Assembly: GCA_016208965.1 (NCBI GenBank)
Contig: JACQXB010000004.1
Span: 12,914 to 76,913, forward strand
DNA length: 64,000 bases
From: Nitrospirota bacterium
GTDB taxonomy: Bacteria > Nitrospirota > Thermodesulfovibrionia > UBA6902 > DSMQ01
Direction: 5' to 3'
The notes below the pieces were generated by a model. That model worked only from the letters and a program-made list of their open reading frames with translations. It was not told the DNA's origin and ran no database searches. Positions 48,031-57,050 of the stretch are shown here, piece after piece. Both the position numbers and the translations under genes were made by a program. Numbering within the stretch: position 1 is the stretch's first letter; the number at the start of each line of letters is the position of its first letter.

Positions 48031-48318
48031 TTATATTCTTCCATATCTTATTTCAAAACCCTCAAACTCCCCTGTATATTCAAGCCAATTTTCTTCTACC
48101 TCTTTAACCATGGCACCAGATGGCCCCTTATGACACCATCTCACAGCCTCTCTAAGTAAATCCCTCTGACCTTCAAAAACCACATCAACACTTCCATCAG
48201 AGAGGTTCCTAACCCATCCTGTTAATCCAAGACCTTGAGCCATATCCCTTATGCTTGCCCTGAAAAACACCCCCTGCACCCACCCCTTAATTATTAAATG
48301 AACCCTACCTTTATCCAT
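48031..48318 (-). CDS. acyP: Acylphosphatase
   Basis: VHLIIKGWVQGVFFR...GLTGWVRNLSDGSVDVVFEG. Confidence 0.9.
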   Translation of the reverse strand: MDKGRVHLIIKGWVQGVFFRASIRDMAQGLGLTGWVRNLSDGSVDVVFEGQRDLLREAVRWCHKGPSGAMVKEVEENWLEYTGEFEGFEIRYGRI

Positions 48319-48375
48319 AACGGTCTATTATAACAATAACCCCTGCTTAAGTTTAATAAATTTATAAAAAAACTC

Positions 48376-48408
48376 TTGACAAGAATAATTCTAATGTTAT
48401 AATAATTA
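48376..48408 (+). promoter_or_regulatory. Sigma70-type promoter (TTGACA-16 nt-TATAAT) overlapping a PerR/Fur-box-like palindrome TTATAATAATTA
   Basis: TTGACA at 48376-48381, TATAAT at 48398-48403, TTATAATAATTA at 48397-48408, about 35 nt upstream of the perR start. Confidence 0.5.
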
Positions 48409-48438
48409 CTAAGAAATAATACTTATAAAGATAAACCT

Positions 48439-48843
48439 ATGGAAAAATATAAGCAATTTGGCTTTAAGCTGACACCTCAACGGCTTGCAATACTAAATTA
48501 TTTTAATGGTAATAAAGAACACCCATCAGCAGATGATATTTACAGGGCGGTATCAAAGAGCTTTCCCACAATGTCTTTTGCAACAGTCTATAACACCCTT
48601 GAAGCCTTAAGAAATAAAGGCAATGTCCTTGAGCTAACAATAGACCCAAATAAAAAAAGGTATGACCCTAATACCATGCCTCACCACCACCTTATATGTG
48701 TAAAATGTAAAAGGATTATTGATATACACAAGGAGTTCAGTGTTAGCGTCTCAGAAGACATGACACAGGGTTTTGATTTAATAGGCAATCATATTGAGTT
48801 TTACGGGGTATGCCCGAAATGCAAGAGCATAGCTCTTAGCTGA
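48439..48843 (+). CDS. perR: Fur-family regulator, PerR-like
   Basis: HPSADDIY, HHHLICVKCKRIIDI, CPKC. Heads an oxidative-stress operon. Confidence 0.85.
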   Translation: MEKYKQFGFKLTPQRLAILNYFNGNKEHPSADDIYRAVSKSFPTMSFATVYNTLEALRNKGNVLELTIDPNKKRYDPNTMPHHHLICVKCKRIIDIHKEFSVSVSEDMTQGFDLIGNHIEFYGVCPKCKSIALS

Positions 48844-48923
48844 TATGATAGCAGTTACTATGAGCTATGAACTAAGCAAAGCAATTGACAATGTCAGGTT
48901 TATTGAATACGATATAAATCACT

Positions 48924-50138
48924 ATGAAAGCGGTTGAGATAAAACCAAATATATTTTGTGTTGGTGCGATAGACGAGGCAGTAAGGGACTTTCATGGGTA
49001 TGTTACGCCAAATGGGACTACATACAATAACTACCTGATCCTTGATAAACAGGTTACACTTATTGATACAGTAAAGCATGGTTTTGCCAGAATAACCATC
49101 AATAACATAAGTAGTCTCATTGAGCCCTCAAAGATAGTTAATGTAATAATAAATCATATTGAGCCTGACCATGCAGGTAGTATTGACAGGATTATGGCAC
49201 TTACACCACAGGCAACCATTTATATCACCGAACGGGGCAAAAAAGGACTTGATAGGCATTTTGATACTTCAAGGTGGAAGTTTAAAATTGTAAAGACAGG
49301 TGATACACTGAATATAGGTAAATATACGCTTCTCTTTATAGAAACACCAATGCTGCACTGGCCTGACTCTATGATGACTTATGTTAAAGAGGCAAAACTT
49401 CTAATATCACAGGATGCCTTTGGACAGCATTATGCCACTTCGGCAAGGTTTGATGATGAGTTTGTAACCTGCGAGTCTATGGCACAGCTTGAAGATTCGG
49501 TTATTGATTATTATGCTAATATCCTCATGCCCTTTGGGCAGCTAATCAAGGCAAAGATATCAGAGATACAAAAACTCGGTCTTGAGATTGATATGATTGC
49601 CCCTGACCACGGGATCGTCTGGAGACAGAATTCTCAAAAGGTATTAAATATGTATCTTGATATGGCAAACGGCAAGGCAGAGCTGAGAATAGTAATTATT
49701 TACGATACCATGTGGCATAGCACAGAACGGATGACCATTCCAATAACAGATGGAATAAGGGATGAAGGGGTTGATTGTAAGATAATTAAATTGAGGGCAA
49801 CTCCTATGAGTGTGGCAATCAAAGAGTTCTGGAAATCAAGGGCTTGCCTTATCGGAAGCCCTACCCTGAATAATGTAATGTTTCCATCTGTGGCTGAGTT
49901 TCTCACTCATCTCGGGGGATTAAGACCAAAGAACAGGCTTGTTGGTGCATTTGGAAGCTATGGATGGGGTGGCGGCGCGGTGAAAGAGGCTTATGAAGAG
50001 TTCAAAAAAATGGGACTAGAGATTTTTGAGCCGGGCTTACAGGTTATGTATAGACCATCATCAGAGGATGAGACAAAATGTTATGAATTCGGGAAAGAGT
50101 TCGCTAAAAAGGTTAAAGAATATCATCAGAGGTTTTAA
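48924..50138 (+). CDS. fprA: Flavodiiron protein (rubredoxin:oxygen/NO oxidoreductase, FprA/ROO)
   Basis: Metallo-beta-lactamase-like HIEPDHAGS plus a C-terminal flavodoxin domain. Confidence 0.9.
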   Translation: MKAVEIKPNIFCVGAIDEAVRDFHGYVTPNGTTYNNYLILDKQVTLIDTVKHGFARITINNISSLIEPSKIVNVIINHIEPDHAGSIDRIMALTPQATIYITERGKKGLDRHFDTSRWKFKIVKTGDTLNIGKYTLLFIETPMLHWPDSMMTYVKEAKLLISQDAFGQHYATSARFDDEFVTCESMAQLEDSVIDYYANILMPFGQLIKAKISEIQKLGLEIDMIAPDHGIVWRQNSQKVLNMYLDMANGKAELRIVIIYDTMWHSTERMTIPITDGIRDEGVDCKIIKLRATPMSVAIKEFWKSRACLIGSPTLNNVMFPSVAEFLTHLGGLRPKNRLVGAFGSYGWGGGAVKEAYEEFKKMGLEIFEPGLQVMYRPSSEDETKCYEFGKEFAKKVKEYHQRF

Positions 50139-50152
50139 GGAGGTTATAAACA

Positions 50153-50284
50153 ATGTGGAAATGCTCTGTTTGTGGTTATGAATATGATGAGGCAGTAGAA
50201 GGCACACCATTTGAGCAACTTCCTGATGACTGGAAATGCCCTGTATGCAACGCACCAAAGGACGCGTTTGTAAGGGTCTGGTAA
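50153..50284 (+). CDS. rub: Rubredoxin (43 aa; below the ORF-track size cutoff)
   Basis: Manual translation [43 protein letters not shown] with CxxCG and CPxC motifs. RBS AAGGAGG lies 8 nt upstream. Confidence 0.88.
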   Translation: MWKCSVCGYEYDEAVEGTPFEQLPDDWKCPVCNAPKDAFVRVW

Positions 50285-50399
50285 TTCTTGGCTAAGTATC
50301 AGAAAGAAGAAATAAGGATTCTATTAAAAAAGAGAAAAAATATGGCAAGATAGTTTCTAAAGCTATAGGAAAACTTAAAAAATTTAGAGGGAGGAAAAT

Positions 50400-50984
50400 A
50401 TGCAAAAGACAATTGAAAATTTAACAAAGGCTTTTATTGGCGAGAGTCAGGCGAGAAATCGCTATACTTTTTATTCAAAGATTGCACTGAATGAAGGATA
50501 TGACCAAATCTCAGAGGTATTCCTTATAACAGCAGACAATGAAAGAGAGCATGCCAAATGGCTCTTCAGGCTGATTAATGAGTTAAAACAGAAAAGCAGT
50601 GAAAAACTTGATGAGATAACTGTTGAGGCATCTGCACCAACAACGCTCGGAAACACCATTGAAAATCTAAAGGCTTCAATTGCAGGAGAGAATTATGAAT
50701 ATACAGAGATGTATCCTGAATTTGCAGATACTGCCACAAAGGAGGGACTGCATGAAATTGCAAAACGTCTGATGGCAATTGCAAAGGCAGAAGAACATCA
50801 CGAAGAAAGATACAAAAAGATATTAAAAGAACTTGAGAAAAACGTTGTATTTAAAAAAGAAAGAAGTGTTCAATGGGTCTGTAGGAAATGTGGATACACG
50901 CATGAAGGAAAAGAACCGCCAGAAAAGTGTCCTTCATGCAACCACGAGGCAAACTATTTTCAGGTCAAGTGTGAAGAATACTAA
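50400..50984 (+). CDS. rbr: Rubrerythrin
   Basis: Diiron ESQARNRY / EREHAKW / EEHHEERY, with a C-terminal rubredoxin-like CRKCG...CPSC. Confidence 0.93.
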   Translation: MQKTIENLTKAFIGESQARNRYTFYSKIALNEGYDQISEVFLITADNEREHAKWLFRLINELKQKSSEKLDEITVEASAPTTLGNTIENLKASIAGENYEYTEMYPEFADTATKEGLHEIAKRLMAIAKAEEHHEERYKKILKELEKNVVFKKERSVQWVCRKCGYTHEGKEPPEKCPSCNHEANYFQVKCEEY

Positions 50985-51041
50985 AAACTTGACTATATTC
51001 CCCATAACATAACAAAATATTTGTAAAGACGGTATCCTTTT

Positions 51042-51926
51042 ATGGACCTGAATCTTTATCTCAAAAGAAAACAAAACATCATAAACTGCTTTTTTAAAGA
51101 CTATCTTTTATCAATAAAGGATAGTTCCTGTCCAAAACATTTATATAAGTCAATCGCATATTCATTAACAGCAGGGGGAAAAAGGATAAGGCCTATTCTT
51201 GCAATTGCAAGCTATGAGGCTTTAAGCGAGAAGTCAAAAAGTATCCTGCCTGTTGCATCAGCTATTGAGTTGATACACACCTATTCCCTGATACATGATG
51301 ACCTGCCTGCAATGGATAATGACGACTTCAGGAGAAATAAACCGACAAACCACAGGGTTTTTGGTGAGGCCACTGCAATACTTGCAGGCGACGCCCTTCT
51401 TACAGATGCCTTTGGTATAATTTCAAATACACCCACAAGACCTAATACCCTTAATAGTGTAATCAGGGAGATAACACATGCATGCGGTCCCCATGGCATG
51501 GTTGGCGGTCAGATGACTGATATAATGCTTGAAGGTAAAAAGGCTAAAAAAAGTGATATTATTTATATTCACACACACAAAACAGGAGCCCTCATTCGTG
51601 CAGCTGTGCGCATCGGGGCAATAATGGCAGGGGCTACCATTAATAAACTCAACTCTCTAACAAGGTATGGGGAAGATATAGGGCTTGCCTTCCAGATTAT
51701 TGATGATATACTTGATGTAACAGGTAATCATGAAGAGCTCGGCAAATCCATCGGCACAGATATTGCAAGGGGCAAAAACACATACCCATCGGTGCTTGGC
51801 ATGGAAGAATCAAGGAAAAATGCAGAATTGCTCATAAAGAGCGCCCTTACGGCAATTAAGGATTTTGACAGTAATGCTGAGCCGTTAAGGGAGATAGCGA
51901 AATATATCCTTACAAGGCGAAGTTAA
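51042..51926 (+). CDS. ispA: (2E,6E)-farnesyl/geranylgeranyl diphosphate synthase
   Basis: LIHDDLPAMDNDDFRR and FQIIDDILD aspartate-rich motifs. Confidence 0.9.
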   Translation: MDLNLYLKRKQNIINCFFKDYLLSIKDSSCPKHLYKSIAYSLTAGGKRIRPILAIASYEALSEKSKSILPVASAIELIHTYSLIHDDLPAMDNDDFRRNKPTNHRVFGEATAILAGDALLTDAFGIISNTPTRPNTLNSVIREITHACGPHGMVGGQMTDIMLEGKKAKKSDIIYIHTHKTGALIRAAVRIGAIMAGATINKLNSLTRYGEDIGLAFQIIDDILDVTGNHEELGKSIGTDIARGKNTYPSVLGMEESRKNAELLIKSALTAIKDFDSNAEPLREIAKYILTRRS

Positions 51927-51929
51927 ATT

Positions 51930-53840
51930 ATGCTTTTAGAAAAAATTAATGACCCAAAAGATTTAAAGAAACTTTCAATTAATGAACTTAAGGAACTTGC
52001 AGGGGAATTAAGAGAGGTAATTGTTGAAAGGGTTGCTGTTAATGGTGGTCACCTCGCATCAAACCTCGGGGTTATTGAGCTGACAATTGCACTACATTAT
52101 GTCTTTAATTCCCCACATGACAAAATAATATGGGATGTCGGGCATCAATCCTATGCCCATAAGCTCCTTACAGGAAGATCGGGGTTATTCCAGACCCTCA
52201 GGCAATGTGGCGGCATCTCCGGTTTTCCGAGGATTGATGAAAACCCGCATGATGCCTTCGGCACAGGGCACAGTTCTACTTCTATATCTGCTGCATTGGG
52301 AATCTTAGAGGCAAGAGACCAGAACAGAGAAGACTTCAAAGTTATAGCCCTTATAGGAGATGGCGCCATGACTTCAGGGCTTGCCTTTGAAGGGTTAAAC
52401 CATGCAGGGCATTTACAGAAAAACCTGATAGTCATACTGAATGACAATGAGATGTCAATATCTCCTAATGTAGGGGCGCTCTCTGCGTATCTTCAGAAGA
52501 TAATGACAGGTGAGTTGTATACAAAGTTTAAAAAAGAGACAAGGTCTATCATTGGCCGCATACCAAAAGTAGGAGAGCCCATGCTTAGAATAGCTGAGAA
52601 GGCAGAGGAGACAGTAAAGGGTTTTTTTGTCCCTGGAATGCTGTTTGAGGAATTCGGGTTTGAATATGTAGGCCCAATTGACGGACATAAAATTGAAACC
52701 ATTATAGAGACCTTGCAACGTTTTAAAGACTTCTCAAGACCTGTTCTTATACATGCAATAACAAAAAAAGGAAAAGGCTATGCACTGGCAGAGAAAAATC
52801 CATGCCTTTTTCACGGAGTTGGCCCATTTGATATTGAGACAGGCTGTCAGCCTGAGTCTTCAGCCCCAACATATAGCGAGATATTCGGCAATTGCCTTGT
52901 AAGACTTGCGAGAGAAGACAAACGGATAATCGCAATAACTGCAGCAATGACAGAGGGTACGGGACTTACAAACTTTGCAAAGGCATTTCCAAAGAGGTTT
53001 TATGATGTAGGCATCGCTGAATCCCACGCAGTAACATTTGCAGCAGGGCTTGCAACTCAGGGACTTAAACCGGTTGTATCAATATATTCTACATTCCTCC
53101 AGAGGGCATACGACGAGATTGTGCATGATGTATGTATTCAGAAACTCCCTGTGGTATTCGCTATTGACAGGGCAGGCATTGTGGGAGAAGATGGCGCAAC
53201 ACATAACGGCGCATTTGATATATCTTATCTCAGGCACATACCGAATATAGTTATCATGGCGCCAAAGGATGAAAACGAGCTTCAGGATATGCTTAAAACA
53301 GCCATATATCATAATGGTCCATGTGCAATAAGATATCCGAGGAGACGAGCATCCAAGACTCCTGACAGCAGGGAGCTGATAAAAATCCCAATAGGCGCTT
53401 CAGAGGTTCTAAGGGAAGGAGGGAAGGATATATTAATCATTGCAATAGGCAGCTCAGTCAAGCATTCTATGGATGCATCCCATATCCTTGAGGGCCTGGG
53501 TATCAGTGCCTGTGTAGTAAATGCAAGATTTGCAAAACCACTTGATATTAATCTAATAGGAAAGCTTGCGAATGAAATAAAACATGTCCTTACAGTAGAA
53601 GAAAACACAATTGAAGGAGGCTTTGGAAGTGCGGTGTTAGAATTCCTCTCAGAATTAAATATAACAGGCTTAAAGATAAAACGACTTGGACTACCCGATA
53701 GGTTCATAGAGCATGGTTCACAGGGCATACTTAGAAAAAATCTCGGCTTAGATGCAGAGGGTATAGTAAAAGAGTCATTAGCTTTAATACAAAAAGCAGG
53801 GCATCTCTACGAGCCATCCGCAGGTTACCTAATGCCCTGA
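51930..53840 (+). CDS. dxs: 1-deoxy-D-xylulose-5-phosphate synthase
   Basis: GGHLASNLG, GHQSYAHKLLTGR, GDGAMTSG, DRAGIVGEDGATH. Confidence 0.96.
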   Translation: MLLEKINDPKDLKKLSINELKELAGELREVIVERVAVNGGHLASNLGVIELTIALHYVFNSPHDKIIWDVGHQSYAHKLLTGRSGLFQTLRQCGGISGFPRIDENPHDAFGTGHSSTSISAALGILEARDQNREDFKVIALIGDGAMTSGLAFEGLNHAGHLQKNLIVILNDNEMSISPNVGALSAYLQKIMTGELYTKFKKETRSIIGRIPKVGEPMLRIAEKAEETVKGFFVPGMLFEEFGFEYVGPIDGHKIETIIETLQRFKDFSRPVLIHAITKKGKGYALAEKNPCLFHGVGPFDIETGCQPESSAPTYSEIFGNCLVRLAREDKRIIAITAAMTEGTGLTNFAKAFPKRFYDVGIAESHAVTFAAGLATQGLKPVVSIYSTFLQRAYDEIVHDVCIQKLPVVFAIDRAGIVGEDGATHNGAFDISYLRHIPNIVIMAPKDENELQDMLKTAIYHNGPCAIRYPRRRASKTPDSRELIKIPIGASEVLREGGKDILIIAIGSSVKHSMDASHILEGLGISACVVNARFAKPLDINLIGKLANEIKHVLTVEENTIEGGFGSAVLEFLSELNITGLKIKRLGLPDRFIEHGSQGILRKNLGLDAEGIVKESLALIQKAGHLYEPSAGYLMP

Positions 53841-53856
53841 TATACTCTGTCGAAAA

Positions 53857-54582
53857 ATGATAGTAATACCCGCAATAGACATCAAAGATGGTAAATGCGT
53901 AAGACTTCTTCAGGGTAGAAAGGAAGAAGTCACAGTTTATTCTGAAGACCCTGTATTTATAGCAAAACAATGGGTAAACCTTGGCGCAGAGTTACTTCAT
54001 GTTGTAGACCTTGATGGAGCATTTACAGGCAAACAGAAAAACTCTGAGGTAATTACGGCAATGAGAAAGGCAATCAATATCCCCATTCAGGTCGGGGGCG
54101 GTATAAGGAATTTAGAGGGGATTGAGCGTCTTATAGCTTCTGGTATTGACAGAGTAATACTCAGCACTGTAACTATTGAGAATCCAGAGGTTGTAAAAGA
54201 GGCATGCAAAAAGTACCCAGGGCAGATACTGGTTAGTATTGATGCCAAAGGTGGTCTCGCTGCTGTAAAAGGCTGGGTTGAGGTCACTGGAGTTGACGCA
54301 AAGGGGCTTGCCTTAAAAATGCAGGAATATGGTATAGCAGGAATAATCTATACTGATATTTCAAAAGATGGAATGCTTACAGGGCCTAATATAGAAGCAA
54401 TAAGGGAAATGGTTGAAAATCTGAAAATCCCTGTTATTGCATCAGGTGGCGTATCATCAATTAAGGACATAAAAAGACTTGCAGAGATTAAGAGAATCTG
54501 GGGTGTGATAACAGGAAAAGCATTGTATGAAGGAACTTTGGACTTAAAAGAAGCAATAAAAATCACGATGCAGGATGCATGA
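53857..54582 (+). CDS. hisA: ProFAR isomerase
   Basis: IPAIDIKDGKCVRL, VGGGIR, ASGGVSS. The last codons (TMQDA) are heptamer-repeat sequence. Confidence 0.93.
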   Translation: MIVIPAIDIKDGKCVRLLQGRKEEVTVYSEDPVFIAKQWVNLGAELLHVVDLDGAFTGKQKNSEVITAMRKAINIPIQVGGGIRNLEGIERLIASGIDRVILSTVTIENPEVVKEACKKYPGQILVSIDAKGGLAAVKGWVEVTGVDAKGLALKMQEYGIAGIIYTDISKDGMLTGPNIEAIREMVENLKIPVIASGGVSSIKDIKRLAEIKRIWGVITGKALYEGTLDLKEAIKITMQDA

Positions 54583-54657
54583 TACAAGATTGAAAACAAA
54601 TCACAATCATAATGAATTTTAAAATTAGATATCATGTATCGTGTATCGTGTATCATG
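54567..54657. repeat. Two heptamer arrays (GATGCAG GATGCAT GATACAA GATTGAA; TATCATG TATCGTG TATCGTG TATCATG) at the hisA 3' end and in the hisA-hisF spacer
   Basis: Arrays at 54567-54594 and 54630-57, in opposite orientation to each other. Confidence 0.85.
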
Positions 54658-54665
54658 GAGGTTAA

Positions 54666-55541
54666 ATTTTAGCTAAGCGTATTATCCCATGTCTTGATGT
54701 AAAGGATGGCCGTGTTGTAAAAGGAGTGAGCTTTCTTAATCTCAGGGATGCAGGCGACCCTGTTGAGAATGCAAAATTCTATGATGAACATGGCGCTGAT
54801 GAGCTTGTGTTTCTTGATATTACTGCCTCTCATGAAAAGAGAAAGATTATACTTGATGTAGTGGAAAGAACCGCAACCGATGTATTCATGCCTCTTACTG
54901 TTGGCGGAGGCATAAGGACACTTGATGATATCAGGGACCTTCTTAATTCAGGATGCGATAAGGTCTCAATAAATACCACCGCTGTCCATGATCCGTATTT
55001 TATAAAAAGGGCATCTGAGAGATTTGGTAGCCAGTGTATTGTTGTTGCCATTGATGCGAAGAGGATAAGAGGAGGAATGACCTACGAACCTGAGGAACAG
55101 TGGTTTAGTGATGCCTTTCTGAAAGAGGTAAAGCTTGAATATCCTGATAAAATCCCCCTTATTCCCCCTTTGACAAAGGGGGGCGAGGGGGGATTTTGGG
55201 CAATCTCAACCCATGGCGGAAGAAAAATGAGGCTCATTGACGCGGTGAAATGGGCTAAGAAAATGGAAGAGCTCGACGCAGGTGAAATTCTCCTTACGAG
55301 TATGGATAAGGATGGAACAAAGGATGGCTATGACATTGAGCTCACAAGAACTATCGCTGAAACTGTTTCAATTCCTGTGATTGCATCAGGCGGGGTAGGA
55401 ACGTTGGAGCATTTACGCGAAGGACTTGTTGAAGGCAAGGCAGATGCCGCGCTTGCTGCATCAATCTTTCACTACAGGGAATACACGATAAGAGAGGCAA
55501 AGGAATACCTCAAGGCAAAAGGGGTTGCGGTAAGGTTGTAA
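54666..55541 (+). CDS. hisF: Imidazole glycerol phosphate synthase cyclase subunit
   Basis: (I)[54 protein letters not shown]. The conserved N-terminus begins right after the TAA at 54663-65, so the only in-frame start is ATT at 54666, with GGAGG 4-5 nt upstream. Confidence 0.9.
   Translation: MLAKRIIPCLDVKDGRVVKGVSFLNLRDAGDPVENAKFYDEHGADELVFLDITASHEKRKIILDVVERTATDVFMPLTVGGGIRTLDDIRDLLNSGCDKVSINTTAVHDPYFIKRASERFGSQCIVVAIDAKRIRGGMTYEPEEQWFSDAFLKEVKLEYPDKIPLIPPLTKGGEGGFWAISTHGGRKMRLIDAVKWAKKMEELDAGEILLTSMDKDGTKDGYDIELTRTIAETVSIPVIASGGVGTLEHLREGLVEGKADAALAASIFHYREYTIREAKEYLKAKGVAVRL
55149..55197. repeat. Palindromic AAAATCCCCC...GGGGGATTTT element in frame inside hisF
   Basis: aaaatcccccttattccccctttgacaaaggggggcgaggggggatttt, translated as [17 protein letters not shown]. 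Confidence 0.9.
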
Positions 55542-55589
55542 TGACAAGCTAACCTGCGGGGCTATGTCCCATCCGAGTTGAGCGTGTTG

Positions 55590-55889
55590 TTATGCTTTTT
55601 TTATTCTCTTTTTCCAATAGTCAGGTTCTCTGTTTAGTTGCATAACTGCGATTATGATGATTCCTTCTTCAATAATTTGATAAATCACACCAAATGGGAA
55701 ACGATTGGTTAAACACCTTCTCGTGTTTTCCGAAAATTTAGACCATGCCGAGGGAAAATGGATCATCCGCTGAATTGTTGAGAAAACTTCCTTGGAGAAT
55801 TCCAAGCCAAGTCCTGATCGACATTCTTCAAAATAATTTATCGCTTTAAGAAACTCTTCCTTTGCTTCGGGATGGAAAGAGTATTTCAT
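55590..55889 (-). CDS. RelE/ParE-family toxin
   Basis: 99 aa; FPFGVIYQIIEEGIIIIAVMQLNREPDYW is typical of the ParE/RelE fold; overlaps the antitoxin gene. Confidence 0.82.
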   Translation of the reverse strand: MKYSFHPEAKEEFLKAINYFEECRSGLGLEFSKEVFSTIQRMIHFPSAWSKFSENTRRCLTNRFPFGVIYQIIEEGIIIIAVMQLNREPDYWKKRIKKA

Positions 55890-56116
55890 ATATAAAATTT
55901 TTCCTGAATTTCCTTAAAAACCTTATTACCGGGTATGGTTTTGACTTTGCCGGTTTTAATTTCATCAACCCTTCTTTCAGCTTCCCTTGCCCATAATGCA
56001 TCTATTTCTTTTTGAGATGGATGCAAGCTATCGAGAATCTTTTCAAGTAATGTAGTTTTTATGTCTACCGGTAAAGACTCGACCATTAAGATTAGCTCGT
56101 TTGTTTTTGTAGTCAT
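55886..56116 (-). CDS. Addiction-module antitoxin (TIGR02574-like)
   Basis: IDALWAREAERRVDEIKTGKVKTIPGNKVFKEI motif. Confidence 0.72.
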   Translation of the reverse strand: MTTKTNELILMVESLPVDIKTTLLEKILDSLHPSQKEIDALWAREAERRVDEIKTGKVKTIPGNKVFKEIQEKFYI

Positions 56117-56224
56117 AAGGTTATTTCTCCTTTTTTATATATTTTAGCATAACGCCCAAAATGGTGACGGCTATCAGCCATCCGCTGACATGTACCGTAC
56201 GGTACATACCGCTGGATTTTTTTG

Positions 56225-56449
56225 TTAGGCACTTTTTAGAATCAGTTTATTATCAAGTTCAAGTTCGTAGGAGAGGATTGTTTTAATATTCATCTTCTTG
56301 GAAGCTTTAAGAATTTCTATTCCTACTATCTTATTTTCAGATGTTGTATCTAAATTCACACCTTCTGAAATCTCAACAACCCCTTCAGGCTTTTGGTTTC
56401 CTAACTTAATATATAGGGCATCAACCTCATTATCATAATGTACTCTCAT
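56225..56449 (-). CDS. DUF2283-domain protein (antitoxin-like partner)
   Basis: MRVHYDNEVDALYIKL...KIVGIEIL. Confidence 0.72.
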   Translation of the reverse strand: MRVHYDNEVDALYIKLGNQKPEGVVEISEGVNLDTTSENKIVGIEILKASKKMNIKTILSYELELDNKLILKSA

Positions 56450-56673
56450 TTCTTCCTCCCTTTCTTCAGTGGATAGTTTGTTATTACTTTTATTAAATTT
56501 TCTTCGATAGAGATAACTATCTTCAATGGATAACTAAATCCTGGAACATCTCTTATAATTTCATGTTCACCTTGATGCAAATTCATGTCCCTTAAAATGT
56601 CTATCACTATTGATTCTGAAATTCCGTAAAGTTTTGCCCGCCTTTTAGCATGACGCGAAAATTTTATCTCCAC
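56446..56673 (-). CDS. DUF4258-domain protein (toxin-like)
   Basis: FSRHAKRRAKLYGISESIVIDIL...KVITNYP; overlaps the DUF2283 gene. Confidence 0.72.
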   Translation of the reverse strand: MEIKFSRHAKRRAKLYGISESIVIDILRDMNLHQGEHEIIRDVPGFSYPLKIVISIEENLIKVITNYPLKKGRKK

Positions 56674-56807
56674 TATGTATCACCCTTTATATATTATATA
56701 ATAATTTTTACCTAAAGGTAGTGATTTGTTACACCCTCTGCCTTTCTCATTTGTAAAAAATGTCAATAGTCAACGGACTGTTGAAAAACTCTAAAATAAC
56801 CGTAAGT

Positions 56808-56996
56808 GTCATTCCCGCATGCTTTTAGCAGGAATCTGTCCCCCCTTAGTAAGGGGGGATTTAAGGGGGGTCTGGATTCCTGCTTTCGCAGGAATCGACA
56901 TGAGCCATTGGCTCACAAAGGAACACGAAAATATCCTCCCCCCTTTGTAAAATCCCCCTCTATTCCCCCTTTACTAAAGGGGGATGAAGGGGGATA
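56808..56996. repeat. Composite intergenic repeat: GTCATTCCCGC-type unit, GGATTCCTGC/GCAGGAATC palindrome, GAGCCATTGGCTC palindrome and an AAAATCCCCC...GGGGGAT element
   Basis: Read directly. ORF 56806..56997 is just its translation (SPLSKGGFKGG...IPPLLKGDEGG). Confidence 0.85.
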
Positions 56997-57050
56997 AGGT
57001 TTTGCCTGAATTTCAGAAATTCCTTCTTGATCGTGGCATTGTTCCACCTA

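Noticed and set aside
56190-56207. Perfect 18-bp palindrome ATGTACCGTACGGTACAT between two TA modules
   Set aside because: It could be an operator or a terminator, but it is a single occurrence with no adjacent T-tract on the transcribed (minus) strand, so no function can be assigned.
56806-56997. ORF MSFPHAFSRNLSPLSKGGFKGG...IPPLLKGDEGG
   Set aside because: It consists entirely of translated palindromic repeat elements in an intergenic region.
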